From NCBI GenBank assembly GCA_963665295.1, contig OY762209.1:2400001-2464000 (forward strand): a stretch of 64,000 nucleotides of DNA, given 5' to 3'. The notes below the pieces were generated by a model. The model was not told the DNA's origin. It saw nothing but the letters and a program-made list of their open reading frames with translations, and did not search any database. Shown one piece after another: positions 53,897 to 62,357 of the stretch. Position 1 is the first letter of the stretch; the number at the start of each line of letters is the position of its first letter. The position numbers and the translations under genes are program-made. This DNA is from Syntrophorhabdaceae bacterium (GTDB taxonomy: Bacteria; Desulfobacterota; Syntrophorhabdia; Syntrophorhabdales; Syntrophorhabdaceae).

Positions 53897-54739
53897 ATGG
53901 TGTATAGAAAACACGCAATGAAGATCGATTTCCATACCCACGTTTATCCTGATCGCGTTGCCCCCGGAACAGTCCGGGCGGTTTGTCAACGATCCGGGAT
54001 CGATGCCTATACGGACGGCACCCTGGAGGGACTGAAAAGGTCCATGTCGGCCGCAGGGATCGATCTTTCCGTGGTGGCGGCTGTCGCGACAAAGCCGGAA
54101 CAGGTTGCATCCATTCAACGATGGTTGACAGCGATCCGGCAACCGGGCATCGAAGTGCTGGCGGCCATGCACCCTGCCGATCCCTTGAGCCCCGGGCAGA
54201 TGAAAATATTGAGGCGGGAAGGGTTCCGGGGTTTCAAGCTCCACCCGGATTATCAGGACTTCTTTGTTGATGATCCCCACATGTATCCCCTCTACGAAGC
54301 GGTGGCGGCGGAAGGCATGTTCATTCTCTTTCATGCGGGAATGGACCGGGGGCTTCCCTACCCGGTCCACGCGACTCCGAAGCGTCTGGCCGCGGTGCAC
54401 AAGGCCGTTCCGGAGCTTTGCATAATCGCCGCCCATCTGGGAGGGGAAGAAGCTTACGAGGAAACAGCGGTACATTTACTGGGGCAAGACCTCTATCTGG
54501 ACACGTCCTTTGTGCTGCGCAAGATACCGGAGATATTCCGGGAACGCTTCCTTAAAGAACATCCGGCGGATCGTCTGATATTCGCGTCGGACAGCCCATG
54601 GACAGACCAGGGGGAGGAGCTTCGGTTTTTCCTGCAACTCCCTTTTCTCACGGAAAGCGACAAGGAAAAAATCTGCTACTCCAATGCGGCGCGGCTTTTG
54701 GGATTGGAGCAGAGGACGGTCGAGGGGGTCGGTCCCTGA
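53897..54739 (+). CDS. Amidohydrolase-family protein
   Basis: IDFHTH, GFKLHP, FHAG, AAHLGG, FASDSPW. Confidence 0.9.
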   Translation: MVYRKHAMKIDFHTHVYPDRVAPGTVRAVCQRSGIDAYTDGTLEGLKRSMSAAGIDLSVVAAVATKPEQVASIQRWLTAIRQPGIEVLAAMHPADPLSPGQMKILRREGFRGFKLHPDYQDFFVDDPHMYPLYEAVAAEGMFILFHAGMDRGLPYPVHATPKRLAAVHKAVPELCIIAAHLGGEEAYEETAVHLLGQDLYLDTSFVLRKIPEIFRERFLKEHPADRLIFASDSPWTDQGEELRFFLQLPFLTESDKEKICYSNAARLLGLEQRTVEGVGP

Positions 54740-55264
54740 AGACCGGGACACCGGTATAAGGGCTACCCGAGGGGTGACCCGACCGAACCTCAAGGCTCAA
54801 GGGTTGACTGCTTTTGACAAGGAGTAATGTTCTTCACCCCGCGCCCCAATGCTTTGTCCGGACCGTCCCTCTCAAAACCCTTGCGCGCATTGCTTATCCT
54901 CCTTTTGCATTATGTATTTATATGGAATCGCCTATTGCACGGAGGTCGCATCTTTTTTATCCGTAGGAAGGCCCGGGGCTGAAATGGAAGAAGACGTGGA
55001 GCAGGACAAGAGACGGCAGAGCCGCGAGGGATGCGGCCTTTGTATATCTCAAGTGCGGCGAGGGCTTTCCTCGATTTCATTCAGACTCCCGGAAGGAAAT
55101 GGAAAATGTCGTAGAAAGAGGGTTCAAATCAAGGAACCGCAGGGAAAGGCAAAGGCCGGCCCCGGGCCCCTCCTCCTTTGTGGCCGTGGAACACGGGTGT
55201 GTATCCCGCATCCCATCGACTGCCGTGGAACCCCGGGCCTGACGGCTGCCCGCTACGAGGGGGG

Positions 55265-55831
55265 CTATCCGGGCCGGGCGATCCGTTGCGTAGGCCCCTC
55301 CGAAGGGAACCGGGCCTCGTAGACCTTACCGCCTGTGGACACATACTCGATGGAAACCGATATACGCCTGAGGAGGGAACCGAAGGATTCGAGATTAGGG
55401 ATTTGGTCCTTTATGCCTCCAAACAGGAGGATTTCCTGCCCCGCGCCAAGGGTTGTTCCCTGTAGAGCGGGTATCGTGAGCAGTTCGAACCCGATCGGCT
55501 CACCCGGGAAGCCGATCCTGGAAATCAGACTCCACGCCTCGCTTGGGTTGCCGATCCGTTTCCGGTCAAAATGGATACGGATACCGGTGATCTTTGCCGG
55601 GCGCATTCCGTGGTTGCGAATGAAGAGGCCGAAGTGTGAAGCTTGCGGCCGGGAGTCTCCCACTTCTACGTCCAACAACGGCCGGAACGCATCCTCAGAC
55701 CTCCACCCGGCATTGACCAGGGCAAAGATGGAAACGAGAAGGGTTATGGACGCTATTACGAACTTCGGGTCCCAGAGGCCCTGCACCATAGTAACCTTCC
55801 AGTCTCCTCTCTTGTCATCCGGTGCATTCAT
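55265..55831 (-). CDS. Hypothetical single-TM protein
   Basis: N-terminal hydrophobic helix; last gene of a tightly packed operon. Confidence 0.6.
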   Translation of the reverse strand: MNAPDDKRGDWKVTMVQGLWDPKFVIASITLLVSIFALVNAGWRSEDAFRPLLDVEVGDSRPQASHFGLFIRNHGMRPAKITGIRIHFDRKRIGNPSEAWSLISRIGFPGEPIGFELLTIPALQGTTLGAGQEILLFGGIKDQIPNLESFGSLLRRISVSIEYVSTGGKVYEARFPSEGPTQRIARPG

Positions 55832-55838
55832 ACGAACC

Positions 55839-56381
55839 TCACTCGAATTTGATGAAGTTTACATATATCTTGCACGCTGAATTGCGGCGAAAGACAAACT
55901 CTGTAATTACATGGAGTTTCTGCAGGTCCGCTGTGACAAAGTCCCGTAAGGTGAAACGGTATGGTGAATACTCTCGCGTCAAGGTCACCGTCTTTTTCGT
56001 CTCCGACCCGTCATCAGGATCGGTGCGGTCTTTTATGCCTATATCGACCCGCTCTCCGCCCCGCGCCCCCCTCATTGATATGACGAGGGTATCGAAGTTC
56101 GAGAAATTCTTCGATTGCCGTTCTCCGGGGGAGGGACGGGGCTGTCCGACCGTGACAAGGACCGCGCCCCAGGTTTGTCCTCTCGGGTAAGCCATGACGA
56201 ACTCGTTCCCCCTGTCCTTCAGCCAATTATGCACGCCGCGGGACGAGTTGACCCCCATGCCATAGCCTTGCCTGAGGTCTCTCCCGTCATATATCACGTA
56301 CTCCCGCGGTGATTGCCCGAAAGAGACGGCAGGCATGACCAAGAACAAAGCGAGTATGAATAAGCTCCCGGACCTTTTCAT
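55839..56381 (-). CDS. Secreted protein with a probable carbohydrate-binding (galactose-binding-like/CIA30-like) domain
   Basis: Signal peptide; YP.GQTWGAV, NFS.FDTL.I.MRGA.GGE.V.IGIKD, Y.F.L.DF pattern. Confidence 0.6.
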   Translation of the reverse strand: MKRSGSLFILALFLVMPAVSFGQSPREYVIYDGRDLRQGYGMGVNSSRGVHNWLKDRGNEFVMAYPRGQTWGAVLVTVGQPRPSPGERQSKNFSNFDTLVISMRGARGGERVDIGIKDRTDPDDGSETKKTVTLTREYSPYRFTLRDFVTADLQKLHVITEFVFRRNSACKIYVNFIKFE

Positions 56382-57277
56382 TGAGACACCTCCTTGACCG
56401 GGACCGTTACGGGGCTTTGTTCTGCCCTGTTCCCGGCGTCGCCTTCATATCTCATGGTAAGGTTGTAGGGCCGCCCGCCGCGAGCGGCTTCCTTGGCTTT
56501 CGGCTGCGTTTCAGGCCTGCCTTTCGGGCCGCCCGACAATATTTCCGCGATGATCCCACAAAACCCGGCCTCAACATCGGCCCACGGGACGGCCCTAAGG
56601 ATACTCTCTTTCGTCTCCTCATACTTCTCGGACCGGCTTGGAGACTGTCGCAACGTTTGCCCGGACGGCACGAGAAGAACAAGCAACCTGGGACCGTTGT
56701 GTCCCCTGGAGACTGATCGACGAGACCTGTCGCAGGTTTCCATACCGTCGCTGACGACGATGTGGAAACCTTCCCCGGCCGCGCTCACCGAGATACGCCT
56801 GAAGACATCATTCATGGCTGTACAGGAAGACGAGGCCTTGGGGCGCAAGAGGAGCGCCTTCTTTAAAGACTCACAGACGTTGAGAAGCTTACCGTCCACT
56901 TCACGTTGCCTGGAAGCCTCTCTCCGGCGGCACTCGCTTTCGCCGTAATCCTTGATCGCCCTGAATACGCGAGCTTCGTTACGCCGGTTCAAATCGCGGC
57001 AAAGGTTCGCCCTATCCGGGACCTGTTCGATAGGGAAGGTTTGGGGTCCGGTAGTCCACCCGTCGCTGCCGAAGTGGTACACTCTTACCCTGTCGATACG
57101 AAGGCGGTTTATCACCTCGGGCAACTGTTCGGTCAAATTCCTGATTGCCTCGTGCATTCCGTCCCAATTCGTGCTTTTGGTATCGTCAATCCAGATCGCC
57201 AACTCGGCCGCGTGAAGGACCGTCGAAAAGAACAGCATAGCAGTGACGAAGGCAATGTTACGCAATATCGGTTTCAT
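56378..57277 (-). CDS. Secreted vWA-like protein
   Basis: Signal peptide; MIDAS-like IDDTKS ... CT ... VVSDG. Confidence 0.6.
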   Translation of the reverse strand: MKPILRNIAFVTAMLFFSTVLHAAELAIWIDDTKSTNWDGMHEAIRNLTEQLPEVINRLRIDRVRVYHFGSDGWTTGPQTFPIEQVPDRANLCRDLNRRNEARVFRAIKDYGESECRRREASRQREVDGKLLNVCESLKKALLLRPKASSSCTAMNDVFRRISVSAAGEGFHIVVSDGMETCDRSRRSVSRGHNGPRLLVLLVPSGQTLRQSPSRSEKYEETKESILRAVPWADVEAGFCGIIAEILSGGPKGRPETQPKAKEAARGGRPYNLTMRYEGDAGNRAEQSPVTVPVKEVSQ

Positions 57278-58028
57278 GTGCGCCTCCTCTTTCATCAAGG
57301 TCGAAGACTGCATGGATCCAGTCCAATACCCCTTCAAACTCGCTGCGCGCGATCACCAGGTCGGCATAGGCCTTCGCATAGCGGGACGACCACGCGAAAT
57401 GCTGATGGGCTGCCAGGAGGGTGCCGGAAATAAAAGGCAAGATGAGGCCGACACCGCCCAGACAGGGACCGACCAGAGCGGACAGGAGGCGGAGCAACCC
57501 TTCGGAAGGGCTACGGGTCATCAGGATTACCGCCATCAGCAAAATGAACACGGCCAGACTCCAGAAGGCGATGCGCCGTAGCGCGCGAGCGGTCTTTCGT
57601 GGCTGACGGCCCGTGGTTACATAGGATATTGCCCCTTCGAAAAGAAATGAAAGGAGGGCGGCCACAGCCACCCCTATCGCGGCGGCCCCTGCAGGCGGCA
57701 CGTCAAGCCATGATTGTGAGAGTAATCCCGCGACCGCAACCTCCAGGGTCAACGCAGAATACGCTCCTGTCGCCGCCCAGCGGGAAAGGGCCATGTCGGA
57801 CCGAATAATCGCGGGCTCTGGAGAGACCGGGTCTTCCCCGGTCCTTAACCTGTATTCACCGGCGTACTCATCCCGAAAGGATTTTGCCTGCAGATCCAAC
57901 GTTGATACTTTGGCTTTCGCCACCGGGCGCAGTTCTAACGCTTTGTTTTTTTGGCTTAAATGGTCTCCTGAATCTTGAATTAACCTTGAAAAGCTGCGGG
58001 CCGAATACTTGCTGTCCTTTCCCACCAT
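57258..58028 (-). CDS. Four-TM membrane protein of unknown function
   Basis: AGGAGG RBS; helical N-terminus then four hydrophobic segments. Confidence 0.7.
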   Translation of the reverse strand: MVGKDSKYSARSFSRLIQDSGDHLSQKNKALELRPVAKAKVSTLDLQAKSFRDEYAGEYRLRTGEDPVSPEPAIIRSDMALSRWAATGAYSALTLEVAVAGLLSQSWLDVPPAGAAAIGVAVAALLSFLFEGAISYVTTGRQPRKTARALRRIAFWSLAVFILLMAVILMTRSPSEGLLRLLSALVGPCLGGVGLILPFISGTLLAAHQHFAWSSRYAKAYADLVIARSEFEGVLDWIHAVFDLDERGGAHETDIA

Positions 58029-58458
58029 AGCCACCTCCTGAGCTTTTTGTGGTAAGTAAACAATGAACCTGTTCGCGCCGGCGCTCTTTATGTCTTATTA
58101 TTGTGTACCACGCTTGTGAAAAGCTTGTCAAGTGAAATAGAAACAAATTTGAGACAACTATATAAACGTGAAAGCAAAACAATATGAGAGCTAGATAGAA
58201 TCAAATACAACTAAAGAGAGAACATATATAAACTATTACAAAATGTAAAATGACAAAGTGAAACTCAGTACAAACTAATATTGGTCGCGGTAGAGACACG
58301 TTTTCATTGCACAAGGAGGCTGAAACAGTGTATGGAGCGAGGAAGATACAAGGGATATTCAGTAGTTTGCGGGGAGCTTGCAAGATTTATGTAGAAGTAT
58401 TAAACTTAATGTCAAGCACCGTATGCCGATAACATGAGAAAACAGGAGATTGAGGTAC

Positions 58459-59313
58459 ATGAAACGAACGAGTCTGAACGCCAAACAAAAACAGTTTCTC
58501 TCCAAACTCGTCGAGCACGGCGAGGCGGACATAGGTGAGCTTAAAGACGAACTTGGCCTCACAAGACAGAGCATTTACAATTATTTCGAGGAGATAAAGA
58601 ATCTGCTCACAATCGAAAGGCAAAAGGGGAAGCTCTATCTCTACCTTAAAGACGAAGCGGGGTCTGATACCTTTGTGAACAGACTGCTGCGAAATCAGGA
58701 CTTGAAGAAAAAGATAGCCGATTATGTGGTTGACAGATACATCGAGCCTGGAGATGCGGTTTTCATGGACTGCGGCTCAACAGTCTCGGTCCTGGCCGAC
58801 ACCGTCAAAGAGAGAGAGGTGGACGACTTGACCGTTTATACGGTTAATCCCTATGTTCTCACTTTACAATCCTACAAAAAACTCAGGAGACTCGCGGTGT
58901 TCGGAGGGACTCTGAACGGCGATGCGGGATCAATTGCGGGCCCGTGGGTAATGACCCTGCTGGAAGAGTTGAAATCGAAACTTACGTTCAGGCGTGCATT
59001 TCTCGGCGTCGATGGGTTGAGTCTGGTGGAGTCTTCAAGGGAGATCCGCATGACTTTGAGCAATGATAGCGAAATCGAGCAAAAGTTGAAAATTATGGAG
59101 ATGTCGGAGGAGGTATATGTCTTGCTCGATTCCTCAAAGATCGGGGCTGGAGGTGTGACCCTTCAAACGTACAATGAGAACAACCGGGTTCCGGGCCACG
59201 TCAAATTCGTACTGGGCCTCAGAAAGGCGGATCAGGAGAAGGCTGAAAAGATCAGGAGTCTCAAGGATATCCTCGGCGACAAACTCGAGCTTGTGGAAGT
59301 GGATGCTCAATAG
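58459..59313 (+). CDS. DeoR/GlpR-family transcriptional regulator
   Basis: N-terminal HTH; DeoRC motifs KKKIA, FMDCGSTV, AFLGVDG, LLDSSKIG. Confidence 0.85.
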   Translation: MKRTSLNAKQKQFLSKLVEHGEADIGELKDELGLTRQSIYNYFEEIKNLLTIERQKGKLYLYLKDEAGSDTFVNRLLRNQDLKKKIADYVVDRYIEPGDAVFMDCGSTVSVLADTVKEREVDDLTVYTVNPYVLTLQSYKKLRRLAVFGGTLNGDAGSIAGPWVMTLLEELKSKLTFRRAFLGVDGLSLVESSREIRMTLSNDSEIEQKLKIMEMSEEVYVLLDSSKIGAGGVTLQTYNENNRVPGHVKFVLGLRKADQEKAEKIRSLKDILGDKLELVEVDAQ

Positions 59314-59460
59314 ATGGGCGGCTTGAGAGCCGGCTGGAATTCATGGGAATCGACCATAGGGGCGGCACGGTGATTTAACTGTTCCCCGATGACGATGTCC
59401 CGCACGGAGTCCATTCCGTCAATTTCACGTTAAAAATGGGGATGTCCGCTTCGTCCCCCT

Positions 59461-62265
59461 TTATTCCCCTCCTTTCAGCCGCGCCGCGGGGTCGCCGAAA
59501 AGGGTGTAGGTCCGGAGCATGTTCTCCGACCCTCCTTTTGAGAAAGCCTCGATCTTGGCGCCCGTGGTAACCTTGCCGATCACCCGTTCCCCTGCTTCAA
59601 AGAGGAAGGAGAAGACGGCGTTTCCGAGTACCGAAAAATCAGAATAAAGGCCGAAACCGCTCGGTGAAAAGGCCGCTATGGCGGCGGTCTTCTTGGGGAC
59701 CACGAAGGACTCACCCATGGAGTAGGACAAGGGGAAACCGAAGAATCCGTTCATGCAATCGAAGGTAAGCACGAAGGTAAGCTTGCCCGAGTTGGAGATG
59801 CTCGCGATATTTTTTGTCTCGAATAAAGGCGCAAAAGACCATTGCGAGTATGCCCCGTGACCCACGTAGGTGGTAAGGAGCATGCCCTGCTTGATGGTGG
59901 AGGTGATATCCTTTGTGGCCTGAGGCCACTTTTTTTGCGGATATGTCGAGAGGTAGACCTTCTTGGCGGTCATCCCGCTCGGCAGATATGAAATATAACT
60001 CTCGCTCATTGTCTCAAAAATAGGCTCTCCCCAGTCGGCCGCGAAGAGGGATGCCGCGGGGTTGTAAGTGGAGAGACTCTCGTAGGCCAGGACCTTTTTC
60101 ACCATGTCCGAGACCGCGGCGGCGCTCGCGGCAGGTATCCGCCCGATGATCATTTCGGGGAGCGCGTCCTCTCCCTCCACCGCGACATACCAGTTGTCGT
60201 CCGGCAGATGTTCAAGACCGTTATTGTTTACGAAAGACAGGTGGGCGGGCACCCGGTTCTTCTTTTTCGTGTTATAGTAGTTCCTGTAATCCCAGTTTGC
60301 GTCCCCCATAAGGAGCACGTAGGTCGGCGCGGGTTTCTGCCAGCTTGCATAGGCATAAGTGAGGAAATCCTTGATGGCCTGGGGGTCGGGAGACCCAAAG
60401 GCGAATTCATCGTAAATGTCCTCAACTGCGACCGCCATCACTCTGAGGCCCTGCTTCTGCCGGGCGGCGACGAGGGCGGTGACGGAAGGAAGGAACTCTT
60501 TCGCGGTGATGATGATGTAGTCCGCCCCATTGGACTCGTCTTTCAGACCCGCGGGACTCCATGCGGCGAAGGAGGCAGGAGGTTTCACCGTTTGAGTTGT
60601 CACGAGATAGGATTTCCGACCTGAAATCGTGTCCTCAAAGGTGAGTGTTCCACGGGTGAGAGTCCAGTTGACGACAGTGCCTGCGTTTGCCGGGTCGGTA
60701 ACATCCAGGACCTGCACTTTCGGGGTGCCCACTTTGGTGATGCCCATCTTCTTTCTGCCTTCTCCCTGAACGGTGAAGGCGAGCTGGTTGGCCGCGGCCT
60801 CAAACCGTCTCCAGTAGGAGACTTCGATCCAGTTGAGATAGAGGCTGTCCAGAGATGCTTCCGTGTCTCCGGGTAATTCTATGGTAACGGTATTCTTCCC
60901 TTCCTTGAGAAGGCTCATGGGTATCGTGGCTTCCTGAATAAACTCGATGGTCCCATCCCAGTGCTCATCCGATACGGGCGTGCCGTTCAACGATATCTTC
61001 GTATGATGGTCCGGATCCGGTGTGACGGAGGAGATACCTCTGAATTTCACCCGTATCGTTCCCGTTCCCGTGGTGGCTCCTATGGCGGGTATGGTTACGG
61101 TATAGCTCTTCTTGTCGGGTGCGGTGAACTTGTCCCAGAACCAGATGTCCGCGTCGGCTTCGGGCACTTCCAGCCAGTATTGGGTGTTCTGCTCGGTGTG
61201 CACGGTGCTGAGGAAAGAGCTTTGCGCTTCTCCCTGACCGGTGACGGTCCCGTCAACGGTGGTCATTCTTTTCCCTGAGTCGCCTCCCCACACGAGGTAA
61301 TAGACATTCGTATCGGTAAATGTGGTGTTGAGGCCCTCTGCATAGAAATCCATATAACTGCCCTTCGCAAAGCTGTCCGGCGAGACGACCCTGATTGCCA
61401 TCTCCTCTTCTCCATTAAGAAGGCGCATGGTATTCGCGGTTATCGTTTCCCCGACTATGCCTATCTTTTTGAGGTCATTGTAAGTGATGCGGTAGAACCC
61501 GTCGTGGTTCACCATGATCTTGACGCCCGTAGGTGATGCAACAGCCAGGGAACGGGGGCGGCCGGACCCCGCGGTTTCATTACCATAGGCGGGAGTGTGG
61601 TTGATGAGGGTATTTTGAAACAGTTGACCGTACGCGTTATGGGCGGAGGAGACTGATGGGCGCTGCTCCGGAGCAAGGGGGTTTTCGAAAAAAACCTTTA
61701 CAGTAATCTTTTGCCGGCACAACAGGTCCCTTGTGGAGGGGTTCCATTGAAATGGATGGAATATGACCCTCGCCACAGCGGTCCCCCGCATGGTCCCGAC
61801 GCGTTCCACCTTTGCAGTGTCAAAAGGAAGAGGCGCGGAGGAAGCATATACGGATTCGTTGATAACGTGCCGGGTGGTATTGAGGTCTTCTCCGGAACGT
61901 TCCAATGTAGGAACAGGAAGCACAAGAAGGCCGGGAATCGTAGAGGGGGTGTCCCCGGTGACGGCAACCGTGATATTGCCGGTAGGGGGCACTTCGATGA
62001 GAACAGCGGCGACGGGCAGTTCCGGATGGCCGGAGAGGACTGTTGTGGCCCATTTCGGCACCCGCACCCGTGAGTAGGAAACCCCCTCCGCATAAACCTG
62101 TTCTATGATGGGGGAAGGGGTGGTAAGTTCAAGGGTGAGTCCCCCGGCATCGGCAGCGATAAGTTTGACATCCGGAGTCCCCCCGTGAACCGGGAAGGCG
62201 GCGAATAACAGGGTCAGGGTCAGGATCATGCCGGAGGCAAGGACTGCTGATAGTGAACGGGACAT
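59461..62265 (-). CDS. Peptidase C25 (gingipain/PorU-like) secreted cysteine protease
   Basis: Signal peptide, C25 propeptide (GHPELP), ADYIII, IYDEF, YVLLMGD, IGRIP, catalytic YVGHG and FDC, YTLFGDP. Confidence 0.88.
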   Translation of the reverse strand: MSRSLSAVLASGMILTLTLLFAAFPVHGGTPDVKLIAADAGGLTLELTTPSPIIEQVYAEGVSYSRVRVPKWATTVLSGHPELPVAAVLIEVPPTGNITVAVTGDTPSTIPGLLVLPVPTLERSGEDLNTTRHVINESVYASSAPLPFDTAKVERVGTMRGTAVARVIFHPFQWNPSTRDLLCRQKITVKVFFENPLAPEQRPSVSSAHNAYGQLFQNTLINHTPAYGNETAGSGRPRSLAVASPTGVKIMVNHDGFYRITYNDLKKIGIVGETITANTMRLLNGEEEMAIRVVSPDSFAKGSYMDFYAEGLNTTFTDTNVYYLVWGGDSGKRMTTVDGTVTGQGEAQSSFLSTVHTEQNTQYWLEVPEADADIWFWDKFTAPDKKSYTVTIPAIGATTGTGTIRVKFRGISSVTPDPDHHTKISLNGTPVSDEHWDGTIEFIQEATIPMSLLKEGKNTVTIELPGDTEASLDSLYLNWIEVSYWRRFEAAANQLAFTVQGEGRKKMGITKVGTPKVQVLDVTDPANAGTVVNWTLTRGTLTFEDTISGRKSYLVTTQTVKPPASFAAWSPAGLKDESNGADYIIITAKEFLPSVTALVAARQKQGLRVMAVAVEDIYDEFAFGSPDPQAIKDFLTYAYASWQKPAPTYVLLMGDANWDYRNYYNTKKKNRVPAHLSFVNNNGLEHLPDDNWYVAVEGEDALPEMIIGRIPAASAAAVSDMVKKVLAYESLSTYNPAASLFAADWGEPIFETMSESYISYLPSGMTAKKVYLSTYPQKKWPQATKDITSTIKQGMLLTTYVGHGAYSQWSFAPLFETKNIASISNSGKLTFVLTFDCMNGFFGFPLSYSMGESFVVPKKTAAIAAFSPSGFGLYSDFSVLGNAVFSFLFEAGERVIGKVTTGAKIEAFSKGGSENMLRTYTLFGDPAARLKGGE

Positions 62266-62357
62266 ATGATGGCTCCTTCAAATTACGGCAGATCGTTGCG
62301 TCTTCTACGCCGGGCGGGGCGCGATGCGTCGGCCCGGCTGAAGAAAGACGGATGTCA

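Noticed and set aside
54760..54820. GAACC..GGCTCAAGGGTT resembles the 3' part of 6S RNA
   Set aside because: No long closing stem or matching 5' strand found, and no typical zapA/ygfA context.
54849..55322. 157-aa ORF after the amidohydrolase
   Set aside because: No recognisable motif, atypical composition, and it overlaps the opposite-strand gene.
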